DNA of 64,000 nt from Prochlorococcus sp. AG-315-B03 (GCA_003283745.1 QBWA01000001.1:3605-67604), one strand, 5' to 3'. Positions 1 through 8,161 are shown, counted from the first letter of the stretch. Notes: generated from the sequence alone by a model not told the origin. Program-made: numbers and translations.

Positions 1-242
1 CCAAATGGGAAATACCAGAATCACAAGAGTTCAGAGACGAGAATACTTTAGAATCTACGGCAATATATTATACGGATAAAGCTAATGACTATAGAGAAGA
101 AGATTGGATTTTAATTTCTTGTAAATCGAATACAATTTCCCTTGAGGATTCAAACAATGATCAAGAGGAATTGCGTCCTCCAAAAAATAAATCGGAGGAG
201 AGTCTAATTAAAGAAGAATGTAAAAGGCTAGGACAGAAATAG
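1..242 (+). CDS. 3' end of a hypothetical protein (partial)
   Basis: Frame 3 is open from the window edge to TAG at 240-242 (KWEIPESQEF...EECKRLGQK). Confidence 0.5.
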   Translation, partial: KWEIPESQEFRDENTLESTAIYYTDKANDYREEDWILISCKSNTISLEDSNNDQEELRPPKNKSEESLIKEECKRLGQK

Positions 243-434
243 ATTGATCTGAGATTATTTCAGCAGTTTTATATAAATTAATTTAATAATATGATTCCTA
301 TACATAAAGGATTTCATTTAAGTCTTTTCCCTCTCCCCTTTAGAAGATCCATAGAGGATAAGCAGTTAAGAATTTCTTCTAATGGCACAATCAGGTTTTA
401 TCCGTTTAGATGACCTTCCCGATGAAAATATTGA

Positions 435-1346
435 ATGAAAGGAAAACAGCCTGATATCGAAGCGACAGACCAAGACCAGTCTCAAGATGAGTTCACAGCA
501 GTCTCCAATATTTTGATTAGTAATTTCAATGAGATTGAGGATCGTTCTCGTGGAACCTCTGTTGCAGGGCTTCCTGTCAATTTCTATGACTTTGATGCAA
601 TGACTCAAGGTTTGCAGAGGGGAGATTTAATTGTTCTAGGTAGTAGACCATCCATGGGTAAAACATCTTTGGCTTTAAATATGGCCAAGAATGTTGCTCA
701 ACTTCATAGCCTTCCTGTATGCATCTTTGACTTGGAAATGAGCAAAGAGCAGCTCACCTATCGATTGATATCAAGTGAGGTAGGTATTGAAACCAGTCGA
801 TTAAGAACTGGACGTTTACAAGAAGATGAGTGGCCTGACTTGGGAGAAGGGCTTGAAAGACTTGGTCAATTACCAATCTTCATTACAGATAAAAGCAAGG
901 TCACTGTCGATGAAATGATTAGCAAATGCCAAGGAATCAAAGAGCAACACAAGACGGAATTGGGGTTGATTGTGATTGATTATCTGCAGCTCATGGATGG
1001 TCCTTTGTATGAATCAAGAGACGAAGAACTCTCCAAGGTTGTCGTTCAGTTAAAAGAGATGGCAAAAGTTCTAAACGTACCGGTCATCGTTTTATCTCAA
1101 CTTGATCGTGAAATCGAGCATCGGCCAAATAAGCGTCCGATGCTAAGTGATATCAGAGAGACACAATCACTCGAAAGCCATGCTGATGTCGTTACCATGA
1201 TTTACCGAGATGAGTACTACAACCCTGAGACAGAAGATCGTGGCATTACTGAACTCATTACTTGTAAGCACCGGAATGGTCCTCTCGGTACAGTTAAACT
1301 CCTATTTGAACCCCAGTTCACACGGTTTAGAAATTTAGCTGCTTAG
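435..1346 (+). CDS. DnaB-like helicase, C-terminal RecA-type domain only
   Basis: Walker A GSRPSMGKT, LEMS, Walker B IVIDYLQL, LSQL, KHRNGP; only 303 aa with an in-frame TGA directly before the ATG. Confidence 0.9.
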   Translation: MKGKQPDIEATDQDQSQDEFTAVSNILISNFNEIEDRSRGTSVAGLPVNFYDFDAMTQGLQRGDLIVLGSRPSMGKTSLALNMAKNVAQLHSLPVCIFDLEMSKEQLTYRLISSEVGIETSRLRTGRLQEDEWPDLGEGLERLGQLPIFITDKSKVTVDEMISKCQGIKEQHKTELGLIVIDYLQLMDGPLYESRDEELSKVVVQLKEMAKVLNVPVIVLSQLDREIEHRPNKRPMLSDIRETQSLESHADVVTMIYRDEYYNPETEDRGITELITCKHRNGPLGTVKLLFEPQFTRFRNLAA

Positions 1347-1360
1347 TTTTTGATCCCCTT

Positions 1361-2017
1361 TTATTTTCCTAGACAAAACATTTTATAGTAAGTATCTTTG
1401 ATTTCTCCTTTCGAAGATCCATAACGTAAACCTGACCTTAAAGCTAAAGCTCGATTCTCTCCTGGACCATGATGATTGAAATCGTCGTATGCTTGATCTC
1501 CAACTGAATAAGCTGCAGCAATCATTGTTTGAACTTCGTCTAAATTAAACGAAATATTATCGGTGCTGGCCAGAATTATCCCTGCGTAACAGTCAGCCTG
1601 AAGCTCAAGTCTCATTGTATTTCTTTGTGCATTTGATATTAACTTTGAGGTTGCATATTGAACATGATGTGCATATTCATGAGCAACGACAAATGATATA
1701 GCAGCCTTGCCTGCCTTCCCAAGCTCTTTCATGAACTTAGGCTCTAAGCAGATTGTTTTTGATATTGAGTTGTAGTAAGTATCTTCACACCAAGCCCATT
1801 TTATTTTTCCTGTACCGGCTACCTTGCCCATGCTATTAGCAGCTCCCTCAATCACAGTATCTACAAGCGTGTCTATGTCTCCAGTGAATTCGATGGCAGC
1901 CTTTGAAGGTAGAGCAGTAAAAGCATTTACTGCTAAAAAAGTAGATAAGGTAAATACTATTTTTGAGTAAGGAAGTCTTAATTTATGTTTGTTTAAAAGC
2001 TGTATAAATCTTCTCAT
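1361..2017 (-). CDS. Secreted neutral zinc metallopeptidase (YpfJ-like)
   Basis: Signal peptide, VVAHEYAHHVQ (HExxH), ELQADCYAG, downstream HG motif. Confidence 0.8.
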   Translation of the reverse strand: MRRFIQLLNKHKLRLPYSKIVFTLSTFLAVNAFTALPSKAAIEFTGDIDTLVDTVIEGAANSMGKVAGTGKIKWAWCEDTYYNSISKTICLEPKFMKELGKAGKAAISFVVAHEYAHHVQYATSKLISNAQRNTMRLELQADCYAGIILASTDNISFNLDEVQTMIAAAYSVGDQAYDDFNHHGPGENRALALRSGLRYGSSKGEIKDTYYKMFCLGK

Positions 2018-2144
2018 TATTAGTTTGCTTGTCTTTATTAGTTATTTTACACCTATGAAAGAAATGAATTTAGAAAACTCAGGATAGAGAAGCTTCTAGG
2101 CTATCTATTTCGATGTAGGAAGCTCTTGAGGTATATTCACTCGT

Positions 2145-2771
2145 ATGAGAGAAGATTCAGATAAATGCTCTAGATGTGGAGCACAAATAATTTGGGATAG
2201 TAAATCCTTGACAGTAGAGTGTGAATATTGTGGTAAGAAAAATTTATTTTACAATAATTTTTTAAAGATTCAGGCTATCAATTTAATTCAAAATAAAGTT
2301 AGAAGAAAATATTTATTAGGATCAATAATTTGCTTTTCATTCCTCCTGTTTTTTGTTGTATCAAGAAATAATGCCAGGGGTCCAATTGTTTCTGGAATGC
2401 GAATTATCAATAAACAAGAGCCAGATAACTATGGGATAAAAGAAAGTACTATTAGGCAAGAAAAGATTCGAGGAGAATATGGAAGGTATATATCATTTAT
2501 AGGTCGTTCTAAAAACAGATATGAAGGAACGGTGGCTGAGAATTTCTGGGGAGGTTATTCAACAATTCCTGGAGGAACTGAAGTAGGAATGTTCAAATAT
2601 ATGCTTGATTGTGAAGACAAAACATTCGATAGAAAAGGAGATAAAATCAATGCTGCTGCTCTAATAATGAAGGGATGGAGTGATGTCTCTAATGATTTAA
2701 CAGCTTCTTACGCCTCTGAATATTATTGTCCAAGGATTACAAGATTTAAGAAAAAAATTGATTTAAAATGA
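2145..2771 (+). CDS. Zn-ribbon protein with one TM segment and a soluble C-terminal domain
   Basis: CSRCGA...CEYCG at the N-terminus; hydrophobic YLLGSIICFSFLLFFVV. Confidence 0.7.
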   Translation: MREDSDKCSRCGAQIIWDSKSLTVECEYCGKKNLFYNNFLKIQAINLIQNKVRRKYLLGSIICFSFLLFFVVSRNNARGPIVSGMRIINKQEPDNYGIKESTIRQEKIRGEYGRYISFIGRSKNRYEGTVAENFWGGYSTIPGGTEVGMFKYMLDCEDKTFDRKGDKINAAALIMKGWSDVSNDLTASYASEYYCPRITRFKKKIDLK

Positions 2772-2823
2772 TTTTCAATTATCAATCAATCAATCAAATA
2801 AAAAAACCAACTGATTAGTTTAT

Positions 2824-3405
2824 ATGAATGATCTAAGTATTAAATGTTCAAATTGTGGAGCCTCATCATTCATACATGTGAATAGGAAATTAATCGAATG
2901 TGAGTATTGTGGTAAAACCCAATCAATTGGAAATTGGAGAGATGAAGAGGATGATTGGGAGAATGAGAATATTCGACAATTTAATAAAGATATTTATAGT
3001 GAGCAATTAAGTGACTTTTATACTGAGAGTGTAGAAGGATTAAGAAAAGAATTTCATTTGCTAAGGAAAGGAATAAAAAGAAAAGGAATATTCCCTATCG
3101 TTTTAGATGTTTATACCAGAGCCTTAAATAAAATCGCATACATGCTGAATAAAGATTTTTCTACGAATATTTTTAATGGACTTGGATTTGCTCAGTTGAT
3201 ATTTATTATTTATAATGTTTTTTTCATTCGTTCATTGACATTGGTATCTAGGAATTCTCATGAAATAGTTATTGGAGGTACAATAGTTAATATAATTATA
3301 TTGGTTACTCTGTTTGTAGATTTAGACATTAAATCAAAGAGGAAAAGTGAAATTCTCTTTTGGTTGGTAGTTTCAACTATTGTTGGGATCTTGCTAGGCT
3401 ATTGA
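2824..3405 (+). CDS. Zn-ribbon membrane protein, about 3 C-terminal TM segments
   Basis: CSNCGA...CEYCG; three hydrophobic segments. Confidence 0.7.
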   Translation: MNDLSIKCSNCGASSFIHVNRKLIECEYCGKTQSIGNWRDEEDDWENENIRQFNKDIYSEQLSDFYTESVEGLRKEFHLLRKGIKRKGIFPIVLDVYTRALNKIAYMLNKDFSTNIFNGLGFAQLIFIIYNVFFIRSLTLVSRNSHEIVIGGTIVNIIILVTLFVDLDIKSKRKSEILFWLVVSTIVGILLGY

Positions 3406-3486
3406 TAAATTTATTGATCATTATTAAGATAGTATATTAGAAGTTTGATAGTGAGTATTCTTCTCTATCAAAAATAATAAGGAGTT

Positions 3487-3924
3487 TTGAAATTGGTAAA
3501 CGCAAGTCTTAATTGGGCAAGTATCGTTGGGATTGTGCTTGCATCCTGTGGAGCATATTTATTCTTTCTACGTAGCTTCAAACCTCACTTAAGCAAAGAT
3601 AAGGATATTTTTTATTCAGGTATTGGATTGCTGTGTGGAGGTATTCTGTTTTTTCAAGGTTGGAGACTTGACCCAATCCTTCAATTTGGACAATTCTTAT
3701 TGGCTGCTACTACGATAAGCTTTGCTTACGACTCCGTTAGATTGAGAAAGATAGAGAATCTTTATATGAATCGAAAGTTTGATGCTAGTCCCATAAAAAG
3801 ATCATTACCTAATGAGACTAATGATGACTGGAATAATATCAACCCAGTTCCTAGAATGAAAGAGAGAACAGTTACAGGAACTAGCGTTAAATGTTCTTAT
3901 TGTGGTGCTTCTGTTGATATTTAA
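3487..3924 (+). CDS. Ycf66-family N-terminal domain fused to a short tail ending in a half Zn-knuckle; start may be TTG at 3493
   Basis: NASLNWASIVGIVLA...FFQGWRLDPILQFGQFLLA is the Ycf66 signature; ends KCSYCGASVDI; AAGGAG RBS at 3479-3484. Confidence 0.8.
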   Translation: MKLVNASLNWASIVGIVLASCGAYLFFLRSFKPHLSKDKDIFYSGIGLLCGGILFFQGWRLDPILQFGQFLLAATTISFAYDSVRLRKIENLYMNRKFDASPIKRSLPNETNDDWNNINPVPRMKERTVTGTSVKCSYCGASVDI

Positions 3925-3936
3925 TAAGTTAAACGA

Positions 3937-4608
3937 ATGAGAAATATTCCTCAGAACTGTACAAGATGTGGGGCTCCTATCAAACTTGAAAATAAGTCTA
4001 ATCAAAATGCCTGTGAATATTGTGGAGAGTTATTTAGACCAAAGATTGATAATATACCGAGGAATAATTCAAGAATTTTAGAGTATTTCCCAGAGACAAA
4101 TCTTGAGGAGTTTTCATCAAGAAAACCTATCAAAAGAAATACATTTGTAGACAAACAATATAAGGATGAGATTGAAAATGATTTTTATTTAGAAGATGAA
4201 GAGCAATTTGATTATGTAGAGGATAAAGAAGAATATTTAGATGAGGTTAATTATAGCCAAAATGAGAAGATGTACCCCTTAAAAGGAAGTGCTCTTCAAA
4301 GATTCTTCTGGTCAATTAGTTCATATCCAACGAAAGATAATGTGAGAAATAGAACCAGTGAATTGGGAAGATGGTCTCTTAAATTCTCTCTAATTAATTT
4401 TATTGGGTTCTTTATATTGATCCTCACTTCCATGAGATATCCTGACAATGAAAATCTTGTTGCTTTTATAGTTGTAATTATTTTACTGACAGGAGCTCTT
4501 GGCTTGCTTAGCGGGGTATTGGCTTTATTTCAAAATAATGGTCGTATACAAGCTTTCATTGGAACGATTTGGTCTTCAATATCTATATATCTTTTGTTCA
4601 AAACGTAA
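3937..4608 (+). CDS. Zn-ribbon membrane protein with acidic linker and about 3 TM segments
   Basis: CTRCGA...CEYCG; D/E-rich linker; hydrophobic C-terminus. Confidence 0.7.
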   Translation: MRNIPQNCTRCGAPIKLENKSNQNACEYCGELFRPKIDNIPRNNSRILEYFPETNLEEFSSRKPIKRNTFVDKQYKDEIENDFYLEDEEQFDYVEDKEEYLDEVNYSQNEKMYPLKGSALQRFFWSISSYPTKDNVRNRTSELGRWSLKFSLINFIGFFILILTSMRYPDNENLVAFIVVIILLTGALGLLSGVLALFQNNGRIQAFIGTIWSSISIYLLFKT

Positions 4609-4724
4609 TTTTGAATTACTAAAATATTGAATTAGTAGAATTTGAAAGAAAACTCTTCAGAAGAATAGTTAAAAAAGAAATATAAGCAGTCTTCAGTTTC
4701 TAATTAGATAAAAGATAGGCCATG

Positions 4725-4766
4725 TATACAGGGGGAATTATCCAACCACCTCCCTATACAGGGGGA
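4725..4766 (+). repeat. 12-bp direct repeat TATACAGGGGGA x2
   Basis: Copies at 4725-4736 and 4755-4766. Confidence 0.75.
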
Positions 4767-4870
4767 CGAGTGATTGTGATTGTGTCTAGGAATATTTCTA
4801 CCGTGAGTCAGGACGAGATACCAACTTGCGGTAGGTATGAATCATTTCCCCAGGGAAAATAAAATACACA

Positions 4871-5638
4871 ATGAACTTAGAAATAACAAAGGTCCTCACG
4901 CCAGTAAATGAAGATGGTGAGATTGATCATCGTTTTCAAGAAGATCAACAATGGATTATTGAACAAATTGATCCTGATGATATACATGCATTAAGGGACT
5001 TCAGGCAGAAGACAACTGATTTAGAAAATGAGTATGGAAGTGTTGCTATTAGGCTCTGCCATGTTTTCTTTGATCGTATTTCATATATTGATGAGAATGA
5101 AAATGAGCTGACTAATAAATGGCGATGGCGGTCTAAGAAACTTAGATCGCATTTGCAACCGATGCTTCAAGGCTTGGGATTTAAACCTGCTAATGCAAGT
5201 AAATTAATTGGAGCCACAGAGCTTGTTCATCGTCTAAAGGCAAACCTGTTTAGGGGATTAGTTGATGGAGAAAATAAGGGTGTGAGACGGAGTCTTGACT
5301 TTGTTGAGTCGTTTCCGCTCTCATCTCAATATGTCCTGAGTTGCATGAGTTCAACTGGGTTTGACTTTGCTGAAGGCGCTCGCACTTGGGCTCCATATAA
5401 CAGTGAGCCTTTTGAAAAACAGCTAACCAAAAAAGAACTAGAAGAGATTCAAAAAAATTTTCCAAAAAATACAAAATCATCTCGTACTTACAAACAGAAA
5501 AGATATGAAAAGGTATTAGAACTGAATCCTTTGATTAAAACAAACTGCCTTGAGAGTCATCACCATGATCAATTCCATCTGGGTGAATTACCTTTGCGTA
5601 CTGCTCTGAGTAGGCACAGTTCTTGCAACTCTCATTAG
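4871..5638 (+). CDS. Hypothetical protein, 3' end possibly truncated
   Basis: 255-aa ORF; last 104 nt overlap the convergent nuclease gene. Confidence 0.6.
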   Translation: MNLEITKVLTPVNEDGEIDHRFQEDQQWIIEQIDPDDIHALRDFRQKTTDLENEYGSVAIRLCHVFFDRISYIDENENELTNKWRWRSKKLRSHLQPMLQGLGFKPANASKLIGATELVHRLKANLFRGLVDGENKGVRRSLDFVESFPLSSQYVLSCMSSTGFDFAEGARTWAPYNSEPFEKQLTKKELEEIQKNFPKNTKSSRTYKQKRYEKVLELNPLIKTNCLESHHHDQFHLGELPLRTALSRHSSCNSH

Positions 5639-6395
5639 GTTCTGGGATCTGGTTCTGATTCATCAGGTAAACCATGTCATCAATCTCTTCTTCTATCCAA
5701 CTCATATTCCAGTTGTAAGGAACAAGGTATTCATCAAAACGCATGGTCTTATGGAATCCGTCTTCATCTCTTTTGGCATTGCAGACTAAGAAGTAAGCAG
5801 TCGGGTGCACATCAAAACCCATGCCTGAAAGTAGATAGGCATAGAAGTCCATTTGGATTTTGTACCCCTCATGATATGGATCATCCAAATATTCTTGCTT
5901 ATCAACTCTTCCGTTTTTTGCTTGTGATTTGTAGTCAACAACGATCAATTTGTTTGTACGTGTGTCCTGCCAAATATCGTCTACTCCACCTGTGAGGATG
6001 ATGCTTGAGTTCTTGTGTCTAAGCATCAATCCATGGTGCAGAGAGTTCCTCCAGTTATCCATTTCTGGATGATCAAAAGGCACGACATGACTTAAACCAT
6101 TAGGAGCAAACAAACGATGCGGTGTCTGTTTCTCTCTGCATTCATCGAATTCTTTTTTGAGGAGTAAATCAGTTGTTTCATTGAGAGTCCAACCGGGTGT
6201 TCCGGGTGGGTCTAAACCTTTGACACGATTGAGATAAAAGCATCTAGGGCAGGTAAGAAAATCAGAGAATTTACCTCTACTAACTTTGAAGTCTTCTAGT
6301 TGATTAGGTGTATAAATCGATGATGCTCTGGTTCTGCATCCAGTTGCTTTGACGGGTAATTTCTTGCTGTTCCGTTTGAGATCAATCATTCGCAA
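5535..6395 (-). CDS. PD-(D/E)XK nuclease (AddB/Cas4-like)
   Basis: CPRC near the N-terminus, GGVDD and VVDYKS catalytic motifs, QMDFY, C-terminal CKNC. Confidence 0.85.
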   Translation of the reverse strand: MRMIDLKRNSKKLPVKATGCRTRASSIYTPNQLEDFKVSRGKFSDFLTCPRCFYLNRVKGLDPPGTPGWTLNETTDLLLKKEFDECREKQTPHRLFAPNGLSHVVPFDHPEMDNWRNSLHHGLMLRHKNSSIILTGGVDDIWQDTRTNKLIVVDYKSQAKNGRVDKQEYLDDPYHEGYKIQMDFYAYLLSGMGFDVHPTAYFLVCNAKRDEDGFHKTMRFDEYLVPYNWNMSWIEEEIDDMVYLMNQNQIPEPNESCKNCAYSEQYAKVIHPDGIDHGDDSQGSLF

Positions 6396-7093
6396 TGCTC
6401 CTTTAATAATTTCGCAGCATCTGCATCACCTAGTTCTGCTGCTTTCTTCCAGTCTTCACAGGCACCTTTGAGATCTCCTAGTTCTTTTTTTGCATTGCCA
6501 CGGTGATGATATTTATCAGCATGTTTTGAATCTAATTCAATCGCTATATTTATATCTTCAATTGCTCCTTGATAGTCGCCTGATTCATGCTTAACAATTC
6601 CACGGGTTAAAAGGATAAATGCATTCTTTGGATTAATTTTTAGTGCCTTGGTGTAGTTATTAATTGCTTCTTGGAAATCACCTAGTTCTTCTTCCAGATC
6701 GCCACGTTCGCAATAGATATCAGAATCTATTGGGTTAATTTCTAATATCTTGGTGTAATCAGCAATTGCTCCTTGGAAATCATTTAATTCATTCTTGCTA
6801 TCACCACGTTTTTTATAAGCACTTAATAGGTTTGGATTATTCTTTAATGCTTCGTTGTAATCAGCAATCGCTTCTGGAAAATTACCTTTATTAAACGCAG
6901 TATTCCCTTGCCTAAAATAAATTTCTGCATTCTGTTTTTGTTTCTTACTTTTTCGTTTTGCAATCATTAACCCTACCCCTACCCCTACCACAGTCAATCT
7001 AATGACATCTGATTTATCAATGTTCAGCAGAGACAAACCAGCAGCAATCCCAGCACCTATTCCTAAAGCAATAGCAGTATTTCTGAGTTTCAT
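6386..7093 (-). CDS. Membrane-anchored TPR repeat protein
   Basis: Two N-terminal hydrophobic segments; about five TPR units (AIADYNEALK, AIADYTKILE, AINNYTKALK); GACEDWKKAAELG tail. Confidence 0.9.
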   Translation of the reverse strand: MKLRNTAIALGIGAGIAAGLSLLNIDKSDVIRLTVVGVGVGLMIAKRKSKKQKQNAEIYFRQGNTAFNKGNFPEAIADYNEALKNNPNLLSAYKKRGDSKNELNDFQGAIADYTKILEINPIDSDIYCERGDLEEELGDFQEAINNYTKALKINPKNAFILLTRGIVKHESGDYQGAIEDINIAIELDSKHADKYHHRGNAKKELGDLKGACEDWKKAAELGDADAAKLLKEHCE

Positions 7094-7183
7094 TCAGTGC
7101 TCTTTTATGAATGCACTCTAGGCAATCGGTTTTTTCTATCAACGGATCATTTATCAGTTGCATTAAGTCAATAGAAGTAGGCA

Positions 7184-7279
7184 CAAAAAAACCGCCCCGT
7201 TCTGAACAAGGCGGTTCTTTTGGAGATCAGACGCAAGTGTTTCCTTGTTTCCACTGCGGAGGATCCCGACTCCTCACAA
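7184..7279 (-). ncRNA. yfr2: Yfr2-family (Cyano-1 type) small RNA
   Basis: Minus strand reads UUGUGAGGAGUC, then stem GGGAUC..CGCAGU / loop GGAAACAAGGAAAC / ACUUGCG..GAUCUC, then terminator AACCGCC...GGCGGUU plus U-run. Confidence 0.85.
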
Positions 7280-7370
7280 AGTGAACTTATGGGAAAGGAC
7301 AAGGGATCTCAAGTATTAACAGATGAGTTCCTTAACTGTCACATGTGCCAATTCTTGAAAATAAGGCATT

Positions 7371-7445
7371 AAAAAAACACCCTACTTAAGCAAAGTCGAG
7401 TGCTTTTTTAAAACAGAACGATTGTGTGAGGAGTTGTTCTGTTAG
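7371..7445 (-). ncRNA. Yfr1/Yfr10-type small RNA carrying ACUCCUCACAC
   Basis: Minus strand: stem AACAGAAC / loop AACUCCUCACACAAUC / GUUCUGUU, then terminator GCACUC...GGGUGU plus U-run. Confidence 0.75.
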
Positions 7446-7499
7446 TTCATTTCTACACATGCTCGAACCTTTTGTCACTACTAAAAAGACAAACCCATT

Positions 7500-7976
7500 T
7501 CAGCAATCTGCATTAGCAATACCCATACCAAGAACAGCACCTAAAGGAACACTCCACCCATAAGCATCTTTCTTTGATAGGGCAGCAGCAAGACCACCTC
7601 CAAGTAATCCACCTGCGGTTGCACTGCTTGAACTACAACTTCCACCGCTGGATGTATAACTCCGAGAAACTAAAACTTGTCGGTGAGTTGGTCTGTAATA
7701 CCTGCGATGAGTGTGAGGGGAGTAATGAGCGTGATTATGGTGATGACGATATTTACGAACTGGTGAATTCCAACTAAGTGAAGTACAAGGGACTTCAACT
7801 TTGTCGGTATAGGACTTCACATATCCTTTAGAAAATCTATTCCCAGCAACATATTCCTCTTTATAGATTTCCTTGTAGCAAGACCTTTGGGTTATGTATC
7901 CAGGTTGATATTGATCTGCCATCGCTGCTGTTGGTGATACAAGCATTGCAGCGATAAATAGTGGTTGAAATTTCAT
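7500..7976 (-). CDS. Secreted His-rich protein with C-terminal glycine-zipper 2TM domain
   Basis: Signal peptide ending AMA; RHHHNHAH; GGLLGGGLAAALS...PLGAVLGMGIA. Confidence 0.8.
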   Translation of the reverse strand: MKFQPLFIAAMLVSPTAAMADQYQPGYITQRSCYKEIYKEEYVAGNRFSKGYVKSYTDKVEVPCTSLSWNSPVRKYRHHHNHAHYSPHTHRRYYRPTHRQVLVSRSYTSSGGSCSSSSATAGGLLGGGLAAALSKKDAYGWSVPLGAVLGMGIANADC

Positions 7977-8029
7977 AGTTCCTTTCTCTCTGCTTCTATT
8001 GTGACATCTTTTGTTGAGTCAGTAAGAAC
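7965..8029. repeat. 65-bp degenerate direct repeat, copy A (promoter, RBS and first codons of the glycine-zipper gene)
   Basis: Ungapped 52/65 identity to 10841-10905, counted by hand. Confidence 0.8.
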
Positions 8030-8065
8030 AATCAGTACAGTTCTTTTTAATTTATCAATTTAGAT

Positions 8066-8161
8066 TAATTTATTCCAATCTTGTCAGGGTAATTCTCACA
8101 TGACTCTGCAAATGAACTTAAGGGAAAGCAAATAGAAGATATAACTAATAAAGGTAGATTT
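8066..8161 (-). pseudogene. Duplicated 5' fragment of the 8160-8690 gene
   Basis: 96 bp with about 6 mismatches to 8563-8658. Confidence 0.85.

Noticed and set aside
4738-4746. TTATCCAAC as a DnaA box
   Set aside because: Single copy with two mismatches to TTATCCACA
5535-6395. Cas4-like nuclease as evidence of CRISPR-Cas
   Set aside because: No cas1/cas2 and no repeat-spacer array in the window
7711-7723. ACUCCCCUCACAC in the glycine-zipper mRNA, resembling the Yfr1 motif
   Set aside because: Imperfect, and explained by the codons for YSPHT
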